Source: Podarcis vaucheri
Taxonomy: Eukaryota
Assembly: GCA_965113315.1 (NCBI GenBank)
Contig: OZ220368.1
Direction: 5' to 3' (one strand)
DNA: 64,000 nucleotides
Part shown: positions 12,601-24,510 of the stretch, piece by piece
Layout of the letters: each line of letters begins with the position of its first letter
Numbering within the stretch: position 1 is the first letter of the stretch
Notes under the pieces: generated by a model
Databases searched by the model: none
What the model was told of the DNA's origin: nothing
What the model saw: only the letters and a program-made list of their open reading frames with translations
Position numbers and translations under genes: made by a program

Positions 12601-13824
12601 TGACACTTTGTTCTGTGACCATTTGGAATGTTTGCCACCAGAATCTCAACCTCCATTGGAGGCTTCGGCGTTCTAAAGTGCAGTACAGATGAAGTAAAAT
12701 GCAGATGGTCGTTCGTTCAGTCAATATTCATCCAGTCACATGGTTTATGGGTCTTCTTGCTCTTGATTGTACTGAATCAATGATTATTCAAGCATGAAGG
12801 GAACCAAGAAAAACAGCACTGGAAGCTCTGGTGAGTGTCCAGACAGCTTGTCGGTTCCTACTTGTGTACCATGACTCTTACCTGCAACCACATATCCTCC
12901 CCAAATCCACACACACACACACCCGGTGTTGGAAGAACCTCAGTACAGACTCATGGGGTACTGGTGGGGGAAGAGTTCCATTGCTCAAGTGTATATCCCT
13001 AGTTCTGCACTGGATACAAGCCTCCATATTCACACACCAAGGACATTTCTCTGAATTAGTGAACTCAGATTTTGCCATTTAAACTTGCCTACCTTGTTCC
13101 CTCTAACAAAAACAATTAACTGTTCTGGAAAGCTATCTACAAAGAAAATGTAATTTGACCAATGTCAAGAGAAACAGGCAACCTAATTATGCAGATTATG
13201 CCTGCATTCTGTCAAGATGACCAGAAATTGGTCCCCTTACTGGTTAAAGGTTTTAGTGCATTTGTGGATGAATTCAATAACCAATTCAACCTGAAGCTAG
13301 AACTTCAGAAAGCAATATTAAAGTTGTGCCTACACGTCTGTCAGTTGTTAAAATATGCATACATTACTTTGCAACCACAGCTAAGGTTTTTATATAATAA
13401 CCTAAAAAGCCATGTCATTAGCTTCCTACTCACAGTATTAATTCAGTATCAAAACTCACCACTTTCAGATGTCCGATATAGCAAGCAATTTAATTTTCAA
13501 AAAATTTAATCGCATTAAATGTATTCCACCTCACGTTACACCTAAAAGGAGATTTAAGGTTCCAGCCTATGTACCTAATCACCAGTTAAGAGCTTTTTAT
13601 AATGGGTTTTGTTTTAAGCACACTGCTTGTAATAAATCACATGGTTATGAAGTTAACATTGTTGTCTCCTCCACATATCTAAGAGTAAGGCAAGCCAGAA
13701 AGGTATGGATAGGTTACCACTTCAGGAATTCTTCTGTGGCAACATTCTTTGGGTTATAGCGTCAGGGCATACCTACAGCTATATAGCACAAAGGCTTGTC
13801 ATTACAATTACTTTGCATGTTCTA

Positions 13825-14179
13825 CAGTGGTACCTCGCAAGACGAATGCCTCGCAAGACAAAAAACTCACTAGACGAAAGGGTTTTTTGTTTTTTGAGCT
13901 GCTTCGCAAGACGATTTTCCCTATGGGCTTGCTTCGCAAGACGGAAACGTCTTGCAAGTTTGTTTCCTTTTTCTTAACACCGTTAATACAGTTGCGACTT
14001 GACTTCGAGGAGCAACTCATAGAACGTGGTGTGGTAGCCTTTTTTGAAGTTTTTAAAGACTTTGGTGATTTTTGAAGCTTTTCCAAAACTTTCCCGACAC
14101 CGTGCTTCACAAGACGAAAAAAATTCCAAGATGACAAAACTTGCGGAACGAATTAATTTCGTCTTGCGAGGCACCACTG
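13825..14179. mobile_element. Tc1/mariner (Tigger-like) MITE
   Basis: TIRs CAGTGGTACCTCGCAAGACGAA / TTCGTCTTGCGAGGCACCACTG with TA on both flanks. Confidence 0.88.
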
Positions 14180-16714
14180 TACTAGCAAACATTACTGCTG
14201 TAGGCTGTCAGTAACCATTTTTCAGCCAGAGAGTATCTCTTAGCTACTCAGTAGGAGCCCACAATAGCAATTTTAGTTTATTACAACTTTATGATGCATA
14301 TCCAAAGAAACCAACTGCTGCCATGTGCCTAGGGCAAGAGAAAGCAAACATCACTTGATGGTACAATTTCTTCTAAAAGTAGAATAAGCTGTTTGTATAC
14401 TATTGCCATTTTGTGAAGAACGATGCACTTCTCTGTGGACTTAAATTGCCTTGACAATGAGATGTTGACAGCTACATTGAAGAGTACATGTGCACCTCTC
14501 ATTATACCCCAAACTCCCTTAAATTTCAATACCAATTTGAGAATGTGACTTCTTCCCCCTTTGTATGCTTACACCAGTTGTTTTGGACACAGTGGGAGTG
14601 GGAATGCACAATTCACATCCATCATAGGTACCTGCACATATGAGCATCACCAGACCCAGATGCAAGCTTGCCAGGCAAAGGAAACATTTGTACTGCACGA
14701 AGAATAAAAAGGGGATCAGGAAGCCACCAGAGGTAAATCATTTTTTAACCAATAAATTTACCAGGAGGATTTAACGTGCAACTCTTTGGGGCTGATACTC
14801 TGCAGTCCCTCATGCTCCTCACACAGGTTTCAGAACCTCTATGGTACAGGGAGCTTACACACTAAAACTACTGAGCTGGATGTTTACTACATGGCATAGT
14901 GCAGGCACTTCTAACTCTGCAATTTGACATGCTTTAACTATATCCCTTCCTTCTCATTTTTCAGCAAGGCTTCTGATACCTGGGTTACATGTGATATGAC
15001 CCATGTGCAAAGGTTCAAGGTAGTACATAAAAGTGACTCATGTGGAGTCTTGAGTGTTGTTTTCATAGGGTTTAGTTCGCAATTGCCCCCTCCAAGCCTG
15101 TCTCCCCAAAAAGACACCTACTTCAACAGCTCATTCTGCTGTGAGTTTTTTTGTTTTTTTACAAATGCTTTAGCCACATAGGTTGACAAGGCACAATGGA
15201 ACTCTGCAAGACAAGTCTTTAATGAAGCATGCATTTCCCCTTTTTGAAGCCGTTTAAGATAGAATATTAAACATTAACAATCTTTGGATGACCATGTAAT
15301 TTTCCTTAAAAGGCTAGATAATGAAATTAAACCAAATGTTTTCAAGTAGTATGGATTTAATCTAAAATTCACAAGACCAATTATTTTCTGGGCACAAGAC
15401 CAATGGATAAACGTTGCATGCAACATTTGTTTTAATGCAGAGCATTTAAAGCTTTGTCAGCATTACAAAGCTTAATTTTTATGCTTAACTTGAATCCCTG
15501 CATAGCAAGTTCACTTTTGGTATACAAGTTTGAGTGCTTCATTACTAAAATGAATGCTCATTGGAGTGCAGCATGCTAAGCCAATCATTATTGTAACTTG
15601 TTGTGAATGTGTTGTAGTAAGTAACCATGTATTACCATAGATGATGACTGAGGCAATTGCCTCTAGGTATTTGAAGAGGTATTTTAAAAGGAACTATGTG
15701 TGGTCTGTTACTTACATATGAACGTTCTCTGAATAGCTCTTTATCCAAACATTAACACAGTGAAATTTGATTATGGCTTCAAATTGTTCACAATAACAGA
15801 TTTGAATTAAACTGTACACAAGTCCATCTGAATGTTATATTTGCACTAAAGTATGTCAAAATACGAAAGTTAAATACTTAGAACGATTTGTAACCAAAAT
15901 TTTAATCCAAAGATCTCAAAGAGTTTACAGTGACATGACAACTTATGCACAATAAGAAAATTTCGCATCTACAATGTACCCTTATGCACCCAAATCCTTT
16001 AAGCTAATCATCTGTTCTTTTGGTCTGCTCTATAATGAACAGATTAGGCAGTTCACATTTCAGCAGTAAGTACTGATCCACACAAAGATACAAAACTTAA
16101 TCTACACTTTTACATGGTAGAAGGTAGTTCTGACTAAACTGGTATAAATCAGAACTTGTAAAACAGTATCAAAAACATATAGCTCCTACAAGGCTTTCAT
16201 AACCCCTTTGCTTACTATTGGTTTTATCCTGTCCATTAATCCTGCTCTCACCTTGCATAGATTGCCCATTTGTGATTGTAGCAAATGCTCAGGATTAAAA
16301 GGTCATGTGTGTTGTGTACTTCCTTTCAAGTTTAGATCCTGCAGATTCCAGAACACAATATTTATATGAAGAACATTTGCCACTTGCATGGCTTTTGAGG
16401 TTTTATTTGGTAAGTCTATGCAAGGTTATTAGCTAAACATTAATACAAATCAAAGTTATGCTTAAGGGTACATTGTAAAGCAACAAGTTATTACACTTCA
16501 TATGACCTGCTCAGAACCATATACAGATTCACAACTGTTACATTTGTCACCTGTTACAAGAGACAAGAAAAACAAAATTTGACAGCTAAAACATTTTAAA
16601 AATGCACCAAGCTTATGAAGTCTTAAAAGAAAACAATGTTCTGTACATACTCCTTTCACATACTCCTTTCTTCAGATCTAATATGACTTCCTGTACACTG
16701 CTGTTCCTGAAGTT

Positions 16715-19700
16715 CTATTTCCTGTCATTTGACCTGGAACGGCTAGAAAGAATATACATTGAGATTCTCAAACAATGGAAGTAGTTCAGTATCATTATTT
16801 AAACATACACCTGAAATTTCAACTAGACAAATTGACCTATTATAAGGCTTTTAATTAGTGCACTAATGAAAATGACATTTCTCTAGTAAATATGCTAAAG
16901 AATTAAACTCTGTATTCAGACATTAAGGTTATGGAAGTGTTCTTACCTACGAGATCTGGAAAATGAACGGGAAGGCTTATGATTTCTCTCCCTTGACAGT
17001 GATCTCTCTCTCCTTCTATCTCTAGAAAGGGACCTATAAAAGGAATAATCAGGATTTCAAGAGAATATATTTTTCACGCAATTCTTGAAAAACAGCATAC
17101 TCAAATCTCACTCCTTGAATAACCTTTTTCTTGTAGCTTAAATTCATATTTTTAAATATGTTGCAAATTAATGGCTATAACATACTAACGTATGTGCACA
17201 GGTTTTACTTTCTATTTGAGCAACACATGGTATCAATGCATTAACTAGTACAGTGCTTGTAAACATGCTTGAAAATCTTAATTTATGAGGCACATTTTAG
17301 AAGAATATGTAATTCATCATTGATACTGGATTCAAAACAAAAGGTAGTTTAGTTTATCACAGCATTTGATGGCAGAAAAAAACACTTTTAAATTTTTTAA
17401 AGCTGAATTCAGATTAGACTATACTTTAATAAACACATTTGGCATGCATTTTACACAGCATACTGACAACTGTGCTGGCCAAGTACACTTTCAAAGGAGT
17501 CAGAGATTTATGGCACTTCAAGTGTAGAATTCAACTATCCTTTGGGCTATGAAATGTCACACCTGTGCCATCTGCACCACAGTGCCATCTGTTTAAGGGG
17601 GTGGGGAGTCCCTTATTCTATAAGCACCATCTAGGCCAGGGGTCAGCAAACGCTTTCACCAGGGGGCCAGTCCACTTTCCCTCAGACTTTGGGGGGCGGA
17701 CGGGTGGACTATATTTTGGGGGGGAAATAAAAAATGAACGAATTCCTATGCCCCACAAATAACCCAGAGGTGCATTTTAAATAAAAGGACACATTCTACT
17801 CATGTAATAACATGCGGATTCCCGGACCATCCATGGGCCGGATTTAGAAGGCGATTGGGCCAGATCCGGCCCCTGGGTCTTAGTTTGCCTACACATTATC
17901 TAGACAACCCAAATGCTGCACCAATAGTTTACCTGCTGCGGCTACGGGAGAAGCTTCTCCTTCGTGGAGATCTACAATCAAAAATAGAAAAGTGAGTATT
18001 TTCATCAATTCAACATTACTGGGGCGAGGCAATTCCCAACTTGTCAAGTCACTGTTGGGCCCAGTGAATGTGCCAAATAACATGGCACTCATCGTCCAGC
18101 AAAATGGAAAGATTCAGGCATTAAAAACTCAGTGTGATCAGCACGCTTCCAACCATGAGTTTGCTTTAACTAACACCATGTCATAAGCAAACCTGTCCAA
18201 TGCAGCACTTCCATCTCAACTAAATCCACTGCCTAGAACACTATACTAATGTCCCACAAGTAGTCCCAAAATTGGTATAAACCAGTATTTTGGAACCCAT
18301 GCAAGGTAAAGTCCGCAACAGGACACAAGGTACCAAGTGAAAGACTAACGCACACCGTGACAAAGCCATTAAACACCATTAGAACTGCATATTTGTGAAT
18401 GTAAAAAATTAAAATGTCATAGTGTGTTTAGTCTAAAGAACCTTAGTTTGCCCAGTTTATCCCAAAAGTAATTGTTCCGAAAACTGTTAGTAAAACAGTT
18501 TAAAGGTGAAAGGAGTTGGCAGATTTTTGCAAGGAAGAACTAAGTTAGCAATTAAATGTAGTTTGCCATCTCGCATGCAAATATACTGCAGTTTAGTTTC
18601 TTATATTAAGTTTCCTTAACACCCTTAAAAGTTTTATTCAAGCAACATATGTATGTTACCACGAAATTATGCACAGCCAGCCTTTGATTGAGAAAAAGTA
18701 ATTACTTATAAGCCGCTTACTCNNNNNNNNNNNNNNNNNNNNNNNNNNNNNNNNNNNNNNNNNNNNNNNNNNNNNNNNNNNNNNNNNNNNNNNNNNNNNN
18801 NNNNNNNNNNNNNNNNNNNNNNNNNNNNNNNNNNNNNNNNNNNNNNNNNNNNNNNNNNNNNNNNNNNNNNNNNNNNNNNNNNNNNNNNNNNNNNNNNNNN
18901 NNNNNNNNNNNNNNNNNNNNNNNNNNNNNNNNNNNNNNNNNNNNNNNNNNNNNNNNNNNNNNNNNNNNNNNNNNNNNNNNNNNNNNNNNNNNNNNNNNNN
19001 NNNNNNNNNNNNNNNNNNNNNNNNNNNNNNNNNNNNNNNNNNNNNNNNNNNNNNNNNNNNNNNNNNNNNNNNNNNNNNNNNNNNNNNNNNNNNNNNNNNN
19101 NNNNNNNNNNNNNNNNNNNNNNNNNNNNNNNNNNNNNNNNNNNNNNNNNNNNNNNNNNNNNNNNNNNNNNNNNNNNNNNNNNNNNNNNNNNNNNNNNNNN
19201 NNNNNNNNNNNNNNNNNNNNNNNNNNNNNNNNNNNNNNNNNNNNNNNNNNNNNNNNNNNNNNNNNNNNNNAAAAATGAAAAACAAGCCATCAGTACAACC
19301 ATCTATTAGCTAACAAATACTCCTATTGTGTTCTACAGTGAAAGGGAACAGATTTCATTCTCTTATCTTGTATGGACTTCATTTACCTGAAACAGGCTAA
19401 AATCAGCCCTTGCAGATATAATGACCTTAAGTACGACTAAAACACCCAACCAATCTGTCAGGGTCAGAGAATGCATTACTTGTAAAAACCTGCTTTATTT
19501 TGAAATTTATTCCTGCATAACTCAAAAGTTGGTCATATTTCAACAGATTTACTATTTTCAGATTTAGCTAAGCAACTGTTCATTGCTTCAGCATTTTTAA
19601 AACAGTTGCCTGCCTGGCATCATTGTGCTAAAGTGGAAAAATCTCAAGTGGGTGAAAAAGCCAAGCTGTTGTATGCAATGTTTACAACAATGGTGTAAAG

Positions 19701-21054
19701 AAAAGCAAAAAAAAAAAACAAAAAAAAAAACCCCAAGTTGGAGTACTGGGAAGAAAAAGAAAGTGACTAGAAGATGAACAGACTTCAGAAGGAAAGATGA
19801 TAATCCATGTTAGAGGGCACTATCAACTGGTATAGACACCTAAGGATAAAAGTCAGTGTTCAACACAATGTATCCCTCTAACACATATTCAATGCTTTAA
19901 AATTCTGTGTCTGGGTAGGTATAGACAAGCATATATATTTTAAAAAAAAGTCTATTATGCCAAATGGTAATACTGCCAAACATTACTATACAAGTTCTTT
20001 GCTCCTAAATACCTGCGGCGAGGTGGAGGACTTCTCCTGCGATAGTCATCTCGAGGACGTCTACCCCATGAGGGAGGTGGACCACGGTTCCGACTACGTT
20101 TTTCACCATTGGAGAGTTCCACCCTGACACGACACCCACAAAGTGTTCTAAGAGAAAAAGGGAAGGGTTGTTAGTTCTAACAGCCTAATAAAACTAAGCC
20201 AGACACTTCAACTAGTGCCCCTGTATTTCCCTAGTTATTTAAACTTCAACACAAAACCATACCAAGTCAGTCTAATTTTGTTTTCTTTAACTGAAAATTA
20301 GACTGGGGACCAGTATTTCACTAAGAAGCAGCCATCACTTAAGATTGTTTTGATCATATAGAACGCATATTCAGCTTCAGCTATTATAGATGTCAAAGTA
20401 AAAATGTTTTTAAATCAACATGAGTGAAATTTAGCTACAGTCTGAGCCATTAAGAGCCTGCAATGTTAAGCATATTTCCATTTTAAAAAAATATTACATG
20501 TTTGAAACAGGGCACTCAGAATCACAAGAGCTCACAACCAGTGTTTCCAAAACTTGGTAGCTGTGCAAAATCTAGAAGCTCAGGAATAATATGCAACATG
20601 TTTTAACTGTACTCAAAATAAACTCTTCTAACACAAGCAAAAGATTACATTTCACACAAATTTAATAGACTGTTAGTAAGAATTACTTCCCAGCCCCACT
20701 AGCCCCACAGAAAATCAGTTCTATTTCTTTTGGATCTCCAAATACAGAAGCCAGGCTATTTGTGACCAATTTTCTTTTCAATCAAAGCAGCATATCACAT
20801 TAATAGAGTATACACACAAGCTCAACCCAAATGTAAGTGAATTTTTACCTCCCATCTAGTTCTCTGACTGCATCAGCAGCATCACGTGGGTCTTCAAATT
20901 CAACGAAAGCAAAACCAGGGGGATTCCTAGCAACCCACACACTACGTAGTGGTCCATAGTAGCCAAAAGCTCGCTCCAATTCAGTTTTGTTGCCATTGTT
21001 CCCAAGGTTACCTACATAAACCTTGCAGTCCAGTGGACACGAATCACGATGCAT
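16715..21054 (-). CDS. SRSF3: Serine/arginine-rich splicing factor 3 (164 aa)
   Basis: Coding exons (minus strand): 21054-20849, 20147-20013, 17971-17933, 17033-16947, 16742-16715 = 495 nt, all GT-AG. Protein [69 protein letters not shown] (RRM) followed by an RS domain ending RSRSNDRK*. Confidence 0.98.
17637..17897. mobile_element. hAT MITE in SRSF3 intron
   Basis: CAGGGGTCAGCAAAC...TTTGCCTACACAT; TSD ATCTAGGC/ATCTAGAC (7/8); same family as 56092-56332. Confidence 0.85.
18723..19270. other. 548-nt run of N (gap or masked sequence) in SRSF3 at the expected position of the poison exon
   Basis: The N run is directly visible and lies between the 135-nt and 39-nt coding exons. Confidence 0.95.
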
Positions 21055-21499
21055 CTCTGGAAGACATGCAAGGAAGAACTGGTTTGCCTTCTGTTCATAT
21101 TTATTAGTTAGGGAACCTTTTGGGTTATAAGGTATTTGAAACAGGCTCATGATTTTGAAAATACAGTGCAGATGATTTGACTTACAACGCATAACTATTC
21201 ATACATTTAAGTCCATCTTATAATCTACTTTAGAAATATAATTCATTGTTCCAAGGTACTAATCATCTTATATTGAAGACCCATACTCCGGGCCCTTGAA
21301 ACACAAAAGCGAAGTCAAAATTAAGAGACCTCGATATAAGTTGTCGATCCTTCCCCCATTTCAGGGCATCCAGGGGTTGACAACTGGTCTTGGAAGGGCG
21401 TGTTGTGTTTAGATCCCCAAAGCAGGTCTCCTTCAAGGCAGCCTGTGGTGATTTGAGCTGGGCCTCAGGCTCCTCGCTCACGAGGAGGCGAAAAGGGCT

Positions 21500-22320
21500 T
21501 CTTACGCCTTGGTAACTGGCGCGCCTACTACTGAGAGGTTTCCCGCCCATCGCGGCGGCCTCCGGCCCTCACAATTCTCCGTCGGTTCGACTCGAGCTTG
21601 CGCATATAATACCCACCACGCCGCCCTTCACGCTCAAGCAGTCCGCCTCCCCTTTCATCTCCTCCCCGGGACCAACATCCCGGCGGGAGACCTGACGTTA
21701 CTTCAACCACACAAAATGGCGGCGGCTCTTTGTCCGCTGCCGCAACCGCGAGGCCTTCCATCCCGACCAAGCCCCTCCCTCACCGGCTGCCGGGCCAGGA
21801 GTGTGACCGACTCTCACGAGTAACCGCTACACGGTTTTATGATTATTAATTTTCGGTCGGCTCCGCAGTCTCCCTCGCTTCTCGCCCCTCAGCCACCGAG
21901 CTCGATCGCTGCGTCGCCCGTTTTCCCGCCAAGACTCGATTCCGCCGCCTCTCCCACTTCGTCGCACTGGACAAAATGGCGGAAGGCGCCTACACACCCC
22001 GAGTTTATATACGTCCTGCCCATCTAGCACGTGACCAGGATTCTCACCAATTGCACGTCGCTTCTCCGGTGATCGACGGTTCCTTGCGCCCTACCCCCTT
22101 TCTCAGAGAGATGGCTCCGCCTCAAGGAGCGATCCTTCCTGACGCTTCTTGTTCGCTTAGTAGTGCCTGCTCCTATTGCCCAGTAGGCCGGGCCACTGTC
22201 ACCGTGGCAACCAGAGAATAGGTGGGACGGGGAGGGGGGGAAGAATGGGCGGGGCGGGGCCGACAGTGCCTCACGGAGGCTCAGGGCTTATGGTGGAAAC
22301 GTGTGGGGCGGGAGGTGTCC
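21500..22320 (-). promoter_or_regulatory. SRSF3: SRSF3 CpG-island promoter and non-coding exon 1 (~21980-21818)
   Basis: Minus-strand TATATAAA at 22011-22004, YY1 motifs (AAAATGGCGG at 21973 and ~21713), CACGTG E-box at ~22028, CCAAT at ~22048, candidate donor CTC|GTGAGA at 21818. Confidence 0.75.
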
Positions 22321-23793
22321 CAGTATTTACTAAAGGCCGGTGGGGTTTCGCTCAACTGCTCCATTTCCACTTCGACGCAACCGCTTTTCAAATTTCCCGG
22401 ATGAGCTCTTTGTATTAAAGGGCGTCCCTATTTTAGAAGCGCGGCAAATCTCGCTTCAGCTTTAACCTGAACCCGCACTGGATTGTGGAGGGAACCCACC
22501 TCGCCATTAATCCTTAAACGGGAATTTAAGGGTGCCTCAGTTCCGATTCTTTTCTCCTAACGATTTACAAAGTGGGGCTTGTTTCCGAAGAGCTATGTTT
22601 TCCCTTTGCATAGGTGTTGCCCATCCTAGGTGCTGTACGAAAAAGGCTATAATTTCCCCAACTGTGCTGTGACTTTGTTCCTAGAGGGGTTGCTAGATAG
22701 GAACCCCGTTCCCACACCTGATCTGGCTTCAGCTGGATTCAGAATAAGAAGGACAAGGAATCGGATGCTGTCGGAGCGAGTGGTACCTCCATTCTGTGTT
22801 CGGTTAGGTGGGATGCAGGCCCTAAAGGCAAGTGTGGGGTGGTTATTGCCCCTCCTGTGACAGATGAGGCAGTCCGTTGGCTGGCAAGTTGTGCGGAGAG
22901 GTGATGAGGGCAAAGTGTTTTGGGATGCTACCTGCCAACTCCTAGGGGCCGAGGTCCCTTTGCCCCCCCCCCGAGAATATTTCGGGGGGCACCACCCCCG
23001 CAGAATGTTGATGGGCATTGCCCTTCAAATAGTGTGGGTGTGTCCCATGTGATTAATTATGTGGGGAAGGGCTTACCTAGGTCTCCAAATATTTCATTCA
23101 AGTTGGCACCCCAGTAATCTGACAGTTTTTGGCCAGGTATGCAAAAGATGAGTGAAGCAATTTCCCCTCAGTGGGGCTCAAAATCCCACCTATTTCCCAA
23201 CCCTGAGTCCTGTGTAGGGCACCACTATGGGATAGTCCTAGCAGTGTGTGATAGTGTGTAGCTGTGGTTCCCCTTTTCGCGTGTCCTCCTAATCTCTCTG
23301 GATTGCTTGACAAAAAAATAATAATATTCCCTGAGCGTCTTAAACAGGGTCCTTTCTGCAGGCTTATTGCCATGTGGTGAAAGAAATATCCTATTTCCAT
23401 GTGAGTGTTCTGTTGTGTGACCTCTTCTTCCTCCTCTTTGGGACTTATACTGTACTTCTAAAAGTACACTTTTGTGAATGCTTACATTTGGAAGATCGCA
23501 TTGTAGTATGTGTGACCCTGTCGGTCTGCCACCTAGTGGCAAGCAAAGAAACCTGTTTGCTTTTCTGGAGATAAAAGCCTAACTGTCTTAACTATTTCCC
23601 CTCACTTTTCTATCCGAATAATCCATAGCTCCTCTGCTATTTTGTCACCCACACAGGAGTGCTTTCTGTTGTAGAGTAGTCTGAAGTTATTCTAGGTTAA
23701 AACCCCAGAAGGCCACAAGGCCTATAAAGATATTAGACATATGGAGGCAACTAGTTTTGTGTTTTGCATGAATGCTATGTAAAAAGCTGGACA

Positions 23794-24272
23794 TGTCACA
23801 TGCTCTTAATATAATTTTACGAGTTAGGTGGGGTAGGTTGTATACCTGAACTTCCTTCTAATTCCTGGATCGAGCATTGTTTCAATTTATGGAATAGCCA
23901 GGTTAGGTTCCTGGTGAGGTAATGGCTCTCTAAGTATGGGCCATTAGGTAACAAAGGAAGTGGTTCTGTGCCAGATAACATCCCTTTGTCGGAAAGACAA
24001 AAGCGAGAATTGAGAGTTGAGTGATGTAAGCTAGAAGCTGGAAGACAGAGCTATGCCTGATTTCTTTCTCAGGCACAGGTTGTTGCTTTGTTATTGTTTA
24101 GTTGTTTAGTCGTGTCCGACTCTTCGTGACCCCATGGACCAGAGCACGCCAGGCACGCCACGTTGTATATATGTAAATAAACCATTGATCCTTAAGACAC
24201 CATAGTCTCTGCTGTCCCTCATTTCAAGGAAACTGAAACTTGGGTAAGCACCTGGTCATTGAAATGTACATC
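23794..24272. mobile_element. Possible solo LTR with a BovB-type 3' tail fragment (24081-24158, minus)
   Basis: TGT..CA ends with an internal AATAAA; GTCGTGTCCGACTCTTCGTGACCCCATGGAC is the BovB/RTE 3' terminus in reverse. Confidence 0.4.
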
Positions 24273-24384
24273 AAATGCAAAACATTTGGTAGAGAAAGGG
24301 AGGCATTTTATTTATTTGAAAGAAAAGCATCAACAATTTAGAGAAATATACATACCATTTCAAAAATAAGAAAACACTGATTAC

Positions 24385-24510
24385 GTAAAAGCTCATATCT
24401 AGAAAGCTTATACTTAGTTGGTCTTTAAGGTGCTACTGGAACATCTTTCAATATTTTTTTTTTAATCTTTCATCATTGTTATTTATTACGACAGACCAAC
24501 ATGGCTACAT
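24385..24510 (+). mobile_element. Penelope-like element terminal fragment
   Basis: AAAGCTCATA...TTAGTTGGTCTTTAAGGTGCTACTGGA...ACAGACCAACATGGCTAC; a reverse copy begins at ~63961. Confidence 0.55.

Noticed and set aside
18656-19302. Long ORFs of 198 and 209 aa
   Set aside because: Made of N residues.
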